Of a DNA stretch of 60,385 nucleotides, positions 46,085-54,706 are shown piece after piece. The first letter of the stretch is position 1. Each line of letters begins with the position of its first letter. The stretch is from Myxococcales bacterium (GTDB taxonomy: Bacteria; Myxococcota_A; Polyangia; Polyangiales; JAFGIB01), in contig JAPPOT010000210.1 in the NCBI GenBank assembly GCA_028817855.1, forward strand, positions 1 to 60,385, read 5' to 3'. The position numbers were made by a program, and so were the translations under genes. Under the pieces are notes generated by a model. It was not told where the DNA came from. It was given only the letters and a program-made list of their open reading frames with translations, and ran no database searches.

Positions 46085-47331
46085 GGCTGATCGGCGCGCG
46101 GCAGGATGACCACCGACAACAGGGCCCACAGCAGAGCCCCGGCCCCACCTGCCCAGTAGAGGGCGTCGACCCCGGCCACGTCGAGGAGCGTGCCGCCCAG
46201 GGTGCTCGAGAGGATGCCCCCCAGCGCCGAGGTCATGGTCAGCCCGGACTGGGCGGTGGAGCGCAGGTGCTCCGGGATCAGCCGATCCACATAGAGCGCG
46301 GCGCCCACAATCAGGCCGCTGATCACGATCGCGTGGAGCATCTGGGCGGGGTAGGTAGTGCTGAGCGAGGGGCTGGCCGCGCAGATCACCCAGCGCAGAC
46401 CGCCGGCTGCGATCGCGAGCGCGATCATGCGCTTCGGCCCGAAGCGCTCGAAGATGCTGCCCGAATAGAAGACCAGCGGGATTTCCAGCGCGACCATCCA
46501 GATCCACAGCTGACTCAGCTCACCCATGTCGCCGCCGCGCGCGCGCACGTAGACGGGGAAGAGCACCATCGGGCCGTGCAGGAAGAAGTAGCCGCCGAAG
46601 TTGAAGACGAGCAGGCGCAGGTAGTCTCGGCGCGACAGCAGGGTGCGGTAGTCGCTGGCCGCCGCGCGTGCCGAGAGCTGGGAAGTGGCGGGCAAGCCGC
46701 GCGCGCACAGCGCTGCGATCCAGATCAGCACGGCCGCACCGGCGAAGGCGTACTGCAGGCCCGGCTCGGACGGCCCTCCGGGCACGGCCGGCGCGCCGGC
46801 GCGCTCCTGGTAGGCGTCGAGCGCGATCGGCGCACTCACCACCATGATCAGGTAGCCGATCGTTCCCCACACCCGCACGCGTCCGAAGGCGCTGGTGCCC
46901 TCCCGCGCGAGGGCTGCCATGCTCACCGAGTTCGCCATCGGGATCACCGACGAGATGAAGAGGGCGAAGCCGAAGATCGCGAGCGCCATCGACGCGAAGC
47001 CGCTCGGCAGCATGAGGCCGCAGTAGCCGAAGCCACTGGCGAGGCAGAGCAGCGACAGGATGCGCGTGCGCGAGCCGGTGCGGTCGGCGAGCTGGCCCCA
47101 CATCGGCTGGGCGACGATGCCGATCAGCGGCGGGATCGCGAGGATCGTGCCGGCCTCGGCGCCGGTCAAACCGACGTTTTCCTTCAAGTAGAGCGCGATG
47201 TAGGGAAAGTACAGCCCCAGGGCACCGGTCGCGAAGAACCAGTAGCATGACAATCTCAGCCAGGGCGCCACCCCGCAGTGATAGCCCCTCGAGCCCTGTG
47301 TGCCAGCGCCAATACGCAGCTTTCCTCCCAT
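46039..47331 (-). CDS. MFS transporter (MFS_1_like / HcaT-like)
   Basis: LSCYWFFATGALGLYFPYIALYLKENVGLTGAEAGTILAIPPLIG. About 12 TM helices. Start uncertain (ATG 47331 or GTG 47274). Confidence 0.75.
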   Translation of the reverse strand: MGGKLRIGAGTQGSRGYHCGVAPWLRLSCYWFFATGALGLYFPYIALYLKENVGLTGAEAGTILAIPPLIGIVAQPMWGQLADRTGSRTRILSLLCLASGFGYCGLMLPSGFASMALAIFGFALFISSVIPMANSVSMAALAREGTSAFGRVRVWGTIGYLIMVVSAPIALDAYQERAGAPAVPGGPSEPGLQYAFAGAAVLIWIAALCARGLPATSQLSARAAASDYRTLLSRRDYLRLLVFNFGGYFFLHGPMVLFPVYVRARGGDMGELSQLWIWMVALEIPLVFYSGSIFERFGPKRMIALAIAAGGLRWVICAASPSLSTTYPAQMLHAIVISGLIVGAALYVDRLIPEHLRSTAQSGLTMTSALGGILSSTLGGTLLDVAGVDALYWAGGAGALLWALLSVVILPRADQPQDDAELTASAQLSP

Positions 47332-47356
47332 CCATCGCGTGCTATGAACGGCACCG

Positions 47357-48247
47357 ATGTCCCCAGAGTCGTCCCGGATCAAGAACCTGCTCGAGCTAAT
47401 GAACGTCGAGCAGATCGACGCCAACATCTATCGAGGCAGCAATCCAGAGCAGACCCGCCGCCGAGTCTTTGGCGGACAGGTGCTCGGCCAGGCACTGATG
47501 GCGGCGGGGCGAACCGTCGAGGGGCGGCTGCCCCACTCGCTGCACGCGTACTTTCTGCGCCCGGGTCGGCCCGCCATTCCGATCGTCTACACCGTCGACC
47601 GCATCCGCGACGGCGGTTCCTTCAACACGCGCCGCGTGGTGGCGATTCAGGATGGGGAGGCGATCTTCAACATGTCCGCCTCCTTCCACAAGCTCGAGGA
47701 GGGCTTCAGTCATCAGGAGGCGATGCCGGGCGTGCCTCCGCCCAGCGAATGCCCCGGCTGGGAAGAGCTGATCAAGGCGCGCTCGGGTAGGAACGGTCCT
47801 GCGCCGCCCTGGGCCCGCAATCGACCGGTCGAGATGCGGCCCGCGATCGCGCGCGACGGGTTCAAAGAGGAGATCGCGCAGGGTGAGGGCGGGGCGTTGC
47901 AGCGCTTCTGGATCAAGGCCGACCCGATGCCCGACGACCCGCTCCTGCATCTGTGCGTCGCGGCCCACACTTCGGATCACTCCCTGCTCGGCGCCATGCG
48001 GCGCCCCCACGGCGGGGCGGCGGGCTGGTCGCGCAAGATGATGTCGGCCAGCCTCGACCACGTGCTGTGGTTCCACAAGCAGTTCCGCATGGACAGCTGG
48101 TTGCTCTACCACCAGGAGAGCCCGGTGACCGCCCACGCGCGCGGGCTAGCCCTGGGGCGCTACTTCACCGAGGGAGGTGAGCTCGTGGCCTCCGTGTGTC
48201 AGGAGGGGCTCATTCGTCCGGTGGAACCCCAAAAGGGTCGGGATTGA
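47357..48247 (+). CDS. tesB: acyl-CoA thioesterase II
   Basis: LLELMNVEQIDANIYRG...VFGGQVLGQALMAA...HSLHAYFLRPG...DRIRDGGSFNTRRV...FHKLEEG. Confidence 0.85.
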   Translation: MSPESSRIKNLLELMNVEQIDANIYRGSNPEQTRRRVFGGQVLGQALMAAGRTVEGRLPHSLHAYFLRPGRPAIPIVYTVDRIRDGGSFNTRRVVAIQDGEAIFNMSASFHKLEEGFSHQEAMPGVPPPSECPGWEELIKARSGRNGPAPPWARNRPVEMRPAIARDGFKEEIAQGEGGALQRFWIKADPMPDDPLLHLCVAAHTSDHSLLGAMRRPHGGAAGWSRKMMSASLDHVLWFHKQFRMDSWLLYHQESPVTAHARGLALGRYFTEGGELVASVCQEGLIRPVEPQKGRD

Positions 48248-48351
48248 CGCATCCGGGCGGGGCCCGTGCGGGCGCGTCGGCAACTCGACAAGGCGGGGTC
48301 GATGGTCTAACTAAGGCCGGGACTTTTTGCCGCTTCGAAGGGACGCGACAC

Positions 48352-49632
48352 ATGCTACCGAGTCGGACATTCTGGGCAGTGACCGCAGCGCTCGCGCTGG
48401 CGCTTGCCGGGTGCAACAAGAAGGCCGAGAAGAAGGACGACAAGCCCCCCGCAGCGGAGGCCCCCGCGGAAGGCGCGGCGGAGGGGGCGATGATGTCCTC
48501 GCCCGACGCCGACATCCCCGCACCCAAGGACGTGGCCGCGCCACCGGCCGATGCGGAGAAGACCGCGTCGGGGCTCGCAAGCAAGGTCCTGACCAAGGGC
48601 ACCGGCGACAAGAAGCCCGCTCCCCACGACAAGGTGAAGGTCGACTACACGGGCTGGACCACCGACGGGAAGATGTTCGACAGCTCGATCAAGCGCGGCC
48701 GCCCCGCGACGTTCGGCGTCAAGGGCGTGATCCCGGGCTGGACCGAGGCGCTCCAGCTGATGGTGGTGGGCGAGAAGCGACGGCTGTGGATCCCCGAGAT
48801 CCTGGCCTACAAGGGTCGCCCCGGCTCCCCCCAGGGAATGCTCGTCTTCGAGGTGGAGCTGCTGGAGATCATCCCCGGCGTCGCGCCAATCCCCGCGCCC
48901 GACGATGTGGCCGCGGCGCCCGCGGACGCCAAGAAGACCAAGTCCGGCATCGCCTACAAGGAGATCGAGCCGGCGGCGGCGGACGGCAAGGCGCCGAACG
49001 AGTGGGATCAGGTCGAGGTCGAGTACACAGGCTGGACCACCGACGGCAACATGTTCGACAGCTCGACCAAGCGCGGCAAGTCGGCGAAGTTCCCGCTCAA
49101 CAAGGTGATCCCCGGCTGGACCGAGGGCGTGCAGCTGATGAAGACCGGCCAGAAGATGCGCTTCTGGATTCCGGAAGAGCTCGCCTACAAGGGTCGCCCG
49201 GGCGCGCCCAAGGGCATGCTGGTCTTCGACATCAAGCTGCTGAACGTGGAGGAGAAGCCGGCGCCGCCCGAGACGCCGAAGGACGTGGCCAAGCCGCCCC
49301 GGAACGCGAAGAAGACCGACACGGGGTTGGCCTACAAGGTGCTGAAGAAGGGCACGGGCGAGGCCAAGCCGACCGAGACCGACAAGGTCGAGGTGCACTA
49401 CACGGGCTGGACCACCGACGGCCGCATGTTCGACAGCTCGGTCACGCGCGGGAGCACCACCACCTTCGCGGTCAACCGGGTCATCCCCGGCTGGACCGAG
49501 GGTGTGCAGCTGATGCGCGAGGGCGACAAGATGCGCTTCTGGATCCCGGAGGAGCTCGCCTACAAGGGCAAGCCGGGCGCGCCCCAGGGCATGCTGGTCT
49601 TCGACGTGGAGCTGATCAAGATCGTGAAGTAG
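48352..49632 (+). CDS. lipoprotein with three tandem FKBP-type peptidyl-prolyl isomerase domains
   Basis: Lipobox LALALAGC. The unit V.YTGWTTDG.MFDSS..RG....F....VIPGWTEG.QLM..G.K.R.WIP.ELAYKG.PG.P.GMLVF...L occurs three times. Confidence 0.85.
   Translation: MLPSRTFWAVTAALALALAGCNKKAEKKDDKPPAAEAPAEGAAEGAMMSSPDADIPAPKDVAAPPADAEKTASGLASKVLTKGTGDKKPAPHDKVKVDYTGWTTDGKMFDSSIKRGRPATFGVKGVIPGWTEALQLMVVGEKRRLWIPEILAYKGRPGSPQGMLVFEVELLEIIPGVAPIPAPDDVAAAPADAKKTKSGIAYKEIEPAAADGKAPNEWDQVEVEYTGWTTDGNMFDSSTKRGKSAKFPLNKVIPGWTEGVQLMKTGQKMRFWIPEELAYKGRPGAPKGMLVFDIKLLNVEEKPAPPETPKDVAKPPRNAKKTDTGLAYKVLKKGTGEAKPTETDKVEVHYTGWTTDGRMFDSSVTRGSTTTFAVNRVIPGWTEGVQLMREGDKMRFWIPEELAYKGKPGAPQGMLVFDVELIKIVK
48516..49629 (+). 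repeat. internal triplication (about 370 bp per unit) encoding the three FKBP modules
   Basis: Units are approximately 48516-48885, 48886-49260 and 49261-49629. They were recognised at protein level, and the DNA units are visibly related. Confidence 0.6.
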
Positions 49633-51346
49633 CGAGCTCCGGCGGCGGGCTCGCTTCTTCGGGCTCGTCGAGCCGCGCCTTCGCATCCGCCGCTTCCTGC
49701 ATCGGCTCCGAGGGAGGAGAGAGCTGGCTCTCGCGAGCCGCGAGGTCGGCGAAGTACTCGTCGAACCTGGCCTGGGCCTGATCGCCAAAGAGGATGTGGC
49801 AGGCCTCCATCAGGCCGGGCGCCTGCTGGATGTCCCGCTTGCGCGCGATCTGGGCGATCTTGCTCCGGCGCCGCAGGAAGTCCTCGAGCTTGGTGATCAT
49901 CTCGCGCCGCGCGGCGTGGTGGATCTCGCAGCGGATGTACTCGGCGCCGTGGATCAGCACCTCGGCCATCGCCGGGTCCTGGCGGATCGTCTCGAGCAGC
50001 GATAGCGCGCTGGCTGCGTAGCGCCTCCACAGGCGCGTGCTCAGGGGCTCCGACGACTCCTTGGCGGTGAGGTCGTCCAGGCCCATCAGGGTCGCCTGGT
50101 GGAAGTACTCGTCGCGGATCTCGTCGGGCGGCTCGCCGTACCAGCGCATCTCGCTGTAGGGCAGCTCGACGCCGAGCTCGCGCACCAGCGCGCTGACCTC
50201 CTCGCCGATGTTGAGGCAGTCCGTCAGCTTGCCGCCGAAGATGCTGATGTGACGGCGCTCGGCATCGGACTCGATGGCGTGCTTGCGCGACAGCGAGGTC
50301 CAGTCACCCTCGTCGCGCTTGCCGTCGGGCTCCACCACCAGTGGGCGCACGCCGCAGCGCTCGGCGATGATGTCGTCCTCCGTCAGTGGCGAGGGCAGAC
50401 GCAGGCGGCGGTTGACGTTCTCCAGGATGAAGCGCCGGTCCTCGGGAGTGACCACCGCGGGCAGCTCGCTCACGCGCGTGTCGGTTGTGCCGATGCAGGA
50501 CTTGGGGCCCATCGGGATGACGAAGAAGAGGCGCCCGTCGTCCGCGAAGAAGGTCAGCACGCGCCGCGACTCCGTCACACGGTCGACGATCAGGTGCACG
50601 CCCTTCGACCACAGGTGGCGGTGCTCGGTTTCGACGCCGTTGAGGGAGTTGTTCGCGTCGACCGTGGGGCCACAGGCGTTGATCAGCACGCGCGCCCGGA
50701 TCGTGAGCTCCTCGCCGCTCAACAGGTCGCGCGCGCCAGCGTGCCACAGGTCGTCGTCACCGCGCTTGGCGCCGAGGGACTCGACGTAGTTTGCGATGAT
50801 GCCGCCGTGGTCGAGTGCTGCGCGCACGAAGTTGAAGACGAACCGGGCGTCGTTGTCGATCAAGTACGCGTCGGAGTATTCGAAGCCGCCGGATCCGAGC
50901 AGCTTCACGACCGGTTCCTCGGCCTCCACGTCGGCGCGCGACAGCAGCCGGGGCGAGGCCGTGAAGAGGTCGCCCATCGCCCAGTAGAGCAGGGTGCCGG
51001 CGTAGAGGGTGTAGCGGCTGTGGCGGAAGCCCTCCTCGACCGATGTGAAAAAGCGGATCTCCTTGACCGACGAGGGGTAGGTCTCCATCAGCCGGTTGCG
51101 GGACATACAGAGCTTGCGAACCAGGCCGAACTCGGCGCCTTCCAGGTACTTGATGCCGCCCCACACCAGATTCGAGGAGTGCTGGCTGGTCTCGCTGGCG
51201 AAGTCGCCGCGGTCGATCAGGGCCACACGCGCGCCCTGGGTGGTCAGGGCCGAGGCGCACACGGCGCCGTTGATGCCCCCGCCGACGATCAGGACGTCGA
51301 AGGGCGCGTCGTCGAGCTTCTCGATGTTGTTCTGGCGCAGCTTCAT
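49616..51346 (-). CDS. glpD: FAD-dependent glycerol-3-phosphate dehydrogenase
   Basis: FDVLIVGGGINGAVCASAL...RGDFASETSQHSSNLVWGGIKYLE. Start ATG 51346. The 3' end overlaps the FKBP gene by 17 bp (convergent). Confidence 0.8.
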   Translation of the reverse strand: MKLRQNNIEKLDDAPFDVLIVGGGINGAVCASALTTQGARVALIDRGDFASETSQHSSNLVWGGIKYLEGAEFGLVRKLCMSRNRLMETYPSSVKEIRFFTSVEEGFRHSRYTLYAGTLLYWAMGDLFTASPRLLSRADVEAEEPVVKLLGSGGFEYSDAYLIDNDARFVFNFVRAALDHGGIIANYVESLGAKRGDDDLWHAGARDLLSGEELTIRARVLINACGPTVDANNSLNGVETEHRHLWSKGVHLIVDRVTESRRVLTFFADDGRLFFVIPMGPKSCIGTTDTRVSELPAVVTPEDRRFILENVNRRLRLPSPLTEDDIIAERCGVRPLVVEPDGKRDEGDWTSLSRKHAIESDAERRHISIFGGKLTDCLNIGEEVSALVRELGVELPYSEMRWYGEPPDEIRDEYFHQATLMGLDDLTAKESSEPLSTRLWRRYAASALSLLETIRQDPAMAEVLIHGAEYIRCEIHHAARREMITKLEDFLRRRSKIAQIARKRDIQQAPGLMEACHILFGDQAQARFDEYFADLAARESQLSPPSEPMQEAADAKARLDEPEEASPPPELATSRS

Positions 51347-51454
51347 GGCCGTACGGGGCGACCCGCGCCAGATTCTGCGCGCCGCTCCGCCGCCCCGCAA
51401 CGCAAATGACGCAAGTCTTGCGTCGTTGGCCGGCCCAGTCTAGGTCTGGCGCCG

Positions 51455-52213
51455 ATGGAGACCCACGAGCCATGGCAGCTGGCCGCGCTGCTGATCGCCG
51501 GTGTTGCGGCGGGCTTCATCAACGTGGTGGCGGGCGGCGGTTCCCTGCTGACCATGCCGCTGTTGATCTTCCTGGGCTTGCCAGAGAGCACTGCCAACGG
51601 CACCGCGCGCGTCGCGATCCTGATCCAGAACGCCTCTGCCGCCGTGGCCTACCGGCGCGCCGGCAGGCTCGACTGGGGGCTGCTCAGGCCTATGCTGGCG
51701 CCCGTCTTGCTGGGTGCGTGCGTGGGGGCGATAGTCGCCTCGCGTTTGCCGGACACGGGCTTCCGCATCGTGCTCGGGTGGGTGATGCTCGCTTGCGCGG
51801 CGATTGTCGCGTTGGACCCGAGCAAGCTCTACGCCCGCGGTCAGCGCCCCGAGCCCCGGCTCTCGGCAGGGCGTCTGTGGCCCACGCTCTTCGTGATCGG
51901 GCTCTACGGCGGGATGATCCAGGCGGGCGTGGGCTACTTGATTCTGGGCGGGCTCACGCTCGTGCTGGGGTTGCCGCTGCTGGAGGCCAACATCCTGAAG
52001 GTCGTCCTGGTGTTCGTGTACACGCCGCTCGCCATCGCGGCCTTTCTCTTCGAAGGGCGGCTCGACTTCGGGCTCGGGCTGGTGCTGGCCGCGGGGCAAG
52101 CCGTGGGCGGATACCTGGGCGCCCACGCGGCGCTCGCGCGCGGGGAGGGCTTCATCCGCTTGATCCTGCTCCTGGTCGTGATCGCCAGTGGGCTGAAACT
52201 ACTACTCGACTAG
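51455..52213 (+). CDS. TauE/SafE (DUF81) family anion exporter
   Basis: AGVAAGFINVVAGGGSLLTMPLLIFLGLP. About 8 TM helices with an internal duplication typical of TauE. Confidence 0.8.
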   Translation: METHEPWQLAALLIAGVAAGFINVVAGGGSLLTMPLLIFLGLPESTANGTARVAILIQNASAAVAYRRAGRLDWGLLRPMLAPVLLGACVGAIVASRLPDTGFRIVLGWVMLACAAIVALDPSKLYARGQRPEPRLSAGRLWPTLFVIGLYGGMIQAGVGYLILGGLTLVLGLPLLEANILKVVLVFVYTPLAIAAFLFEGRLDFGLGLVLAAGQAVGGYLGAHAALARGEGFIRLILLLVVIASGLKLLLD

Positions 52214-52291
52214 CCCGATCGGGGAAGTGGGTGCGAATTCTTCGAAAGGCAAATTTTCCGCTTCTCCCGCATCTCGTGAGAAGATCGCGTC

Positions 52292-52996
52292 ATGCACGGC
52301 CGAACATCGGTCGCGGCGCTCGTAGCCGCCCTCTCGCTCGGTCTGGGGGCCTGCGTCTACGACCGTGGTGAGCGCTGCGGACCCGGCCAGACCTATGACG
52401 GCTCCGAGGCTGTCTGTGTCTGCGACGAGGGCACGGTGATCGCGGCCGACGGCGACGGCTGTGAGCCCTGCGGGGACAACGAGGTCGTGGAAGGTGGCGC
52501 CTGCGTGTGCGAGGAGGGCCATGCGCGGAGCAGCGACAGCGCGCCCTGCGAGATGATCGCCGCCGGTCTGGGCGACGCCTGTGACCCGGACGCGACGACG
52601 CCGTGCACGGACGACGACTTCAGCTTCTGCGCCGAGGGCGATGGAGGTGACGCCTACTGCACCCGTCCCGACTGTGGGGACGACGGCGACTGCCCCGCCG
52701 ACCACGTCTGCGATGACCGCGGGGACACGCCCTTCTGCAAGGCACCTCCCTGGGGCCGCGGCAACAGCTGCGAGGCGGAGGATGACTGCGTGGACTTCAC
52801 CGCCAGCTACTGCGAGCCGCTCTTCATCCGGATGTGCCTGGTCGAGGGCTGCGCGGACGGCGGTGAGGCCTGCCATGGCGACTGGGCCTGCTGCGACTTC
52901 CGCGACCTGGCCGGTGTCTCGCTGTGCGTGCCGCCGGAGCAACTGGATGGCGACGCGTGCCCGCTGGGTGTGCCACGCCTGGAGGCGGAGCCATGA
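52292..52996 (+). CDS. Cys-rich acidic lipoprotein (EGF-like CxC motifs)
   Basis: Lipobox LSLGLGAC. About 27 Cys in 234 aa. CVCDEG and CVCEEG motifs. D-rich (YCTRPDCGDDGDCPADHVCDD). Confidence 0.65.
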   Translation: MHGRTSVAALVAALSLGLGACVYDRGERCGPGQTYDGSEAVCVCDEGTVIAADGDGCEPCGDNEVVEGGACVCEEGHARSSDSAPCEMIAAGLGDACDPDATTPCTDDDFSFCAEGDGGDAYCTRPDCGDDGDCPADHVCDDRGDTPFCKAPPWGRGNSCEAEDDCVDFTASYCEPLFIRMCLVEGCADGGEACHGDWACCDFRDLAGVSLCVPPEQLDGDACPLGVPRLEAEP

Positions 52997-54528
52997 TGCG
53001 GTGGTCGATCTTCGCGCTGGTCTGGTGCGCGGCGGGGAGCGCGAGGGCGCAGCCGCCGCCGGCGGTCGAGCCCGGGACCGCGCCGGTGGCCGAGCCCGGG
53101 ACCGGGCCAGTGGCCGAGCCGGCGCCGGCGGCCGAGCCCGTGGCGCCACCCGTGACCGCATCCGAGGCCGAGGCCGCGCCTGTGACGGAGGCTGCGCCCG
53201 CTCCCGACGCCGCGTCCGCTGCCGAGGCGGCGCCCGCACCCGAGGCCACCGCAAGCGCTGTGGAGGTCGGCGCGCAGCCAGAGCACGCGTTCTCATCCGA
53301 GGATTCCGCGCTCGACCTCGAGGCCGAGGCCGAGATCGCGCGTCTGCTCGGCGAGGAGGGCGGCGCGAGCGGGCCCGCACTGCGCCTCTACGGGTTCACC
53401 GACTTCACCTTCTCGAAGCTCTTGATGCCGAAGGACAACCCCTTCTACGTCTTCTTCGAGGAGAGCAGCACCTTCTACGTCGGCAACTTCAACCTCTACT
53501 TGGATGCCGACCTCGACGAGGACTTCCGCGCCCTGTCCGAGGTGCGCTTCCTCTACCTGCCGCACGGGCAGGAGACCGAGGTGACGCCGGAGGGCGAGCC
53601 CTACACCCGCACCTTTGCCGGTGACTACGCGGACGTGAACCGCGACCTGCGCTGGGGCAGCATCGAGATCGAGCGCGCCTGGCTCGACTACACCGTTCAC
53701 CGCTATGTCACCCTGCGCTTCGGCCAGTACCTCACCCCCTATGGCATCTGGAACGTCGACCACGGCTCGCCCGTCGTGGTCGCCACGCGGCGGCCCTACA
53801 TCGTGGGCGAGCAGCTCTTTCCCGAGCGCCAGACGGGTTTGCAGGCCTACGGTTCCCTGGCAGTCAGTGACGACGCCACCCTCGGCTACCACCTGACGCT
53901 GTCCAACGGTCGCGGACCGATCGATTCCTATGCCGATCTGGACGAGAACAAGTCCGTCGGCGGGCGCGCCTACATCGACATCGCTGGCCACGTGCGTTTG
54001 CGCTTTGGTGGTTCCATCTACCACGGTCGCTACACGGACAAGGCGGTGGAGACCGAGATCGTCTCGCCGTCCGAGATCCGCAAGGGCGAGGACATCCTGA
54101 CGCAGTACGACGAGACCGCCCTGGCTCTCGACGCCAAGCTCGAGTACGAGGGGCTGCTGCTGCAGTCCGAGCTCGTGCACAACCAGCGGGCCTACACGGA
54201 GCCCGGACGGCCGACCACGAGTGGCTCCTTCGGCGTCGGCAGCCCGATCGGCTTCGCGTCCGACGACCAGCGCTGGGGCGCCTACGGGCTGCTCGGTTAT
54301 CGCATCGCGGCGATCGCTCTGATGCCGTACGCGTATCTGGAGGTCTACGCTCGCGCGGGGGTATTGGTTCCGGATCTGCTGACCACGCAGCTCGGCCTGA
54401 ACTACCGTCCGAGCTCCGCGGTCGTCGCCAAGATCCAGTACACCTATGCGGGTCTGCCGTCGGCCGAGGGGCTGCTGGGTGACGCCAACATCTCGGCGAT
54501 CGAGACCCAGATCGCCTGGGCGTTCTAG
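52993..54528 (+). CDS. outer-membrane beta-barrel protein candidate with Pro/Ala-rich N-terminal linker
   Basis: Signal peptide MMRWSIFALVWCAAGSARA. PA-rich repeats. Alternating amphipathic strands. C-terminal ...IETQIAWAF (terminal Phe beta-signal). ATGA overlap with the preceding gene. Confidence 0.6.
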   Translation: MMRWSIFALVWCAAGSARAQPPPAVEPGTAPVAEPGTGPVAEPAPAAEPVAPPVTASEAEAAPVTEAAPAPDAASAAEAAPAPEATASAVEVGAQPEHAFSSEDSALDLEAEAEIARLLGEEGGASGPALRLYGFTDFTFSKLLMPKDNPFYVFFEESSTFYVGNFNLYLDADLDEDFRALSEVRFLYLPHGQETEVTPEGEPYTRTFAGDYADVNRDLRWGSIEIERAWLDYTVHRYVTLRFGQYLTPYGIWNVDHGSPVVVATRRPYIVGEQLFPERQTGLQAYGSLAVSDDATLGYHLTLSNGRGPIDSYADLDENKSVGGRAYIDIAGHVRLRFGGSIYHGRYTDKAVETEIVSPSEIRKGEDILTQYDETALALDAKLEYEGLLLQSELVHNQRAYTEPGRPTTSGSFGVGSPIGFASDDQRWGAYGLLGYRIAAIALMPYAYLEVYARAGVLVPDLLTTQLGLNYRPSSAVVAKIQYTYAGLPSAEGLLGDANISAIETQIAWAF

Positions 54529-54706
54529 GGGGTATCCCTAGTTTCTGCGCCGTTGCGAGCCCGGAAGGCTCGAGTGAAGTCGGGCCGAACGGAGTGCGAG
54601 CAGCACAGGCGTACTCGATGTACGTCGCGCGGCGCCGCGCCAGTACGGGTCGAATTCGCTGACAATTTGCGGGCGCAGTAGGCGCAGAAGTTAGGGACAC
54701 CCCCTA
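54526..54706. mobile_element. MITE-like element, family B (TA-flanked)
   Basis: The 177-bp body (54528-54704) has 24-bp TIRs GGGGGTATCCCTAGTTTCTGCGCC and GGGGGTGTCCCTAACTTCTGCGCC (21 of 24 match). TA lies on both flanks. It fills the whole gap between two convergent genes, and both TAG stops use the flanking TA. Confidence 0.6.
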
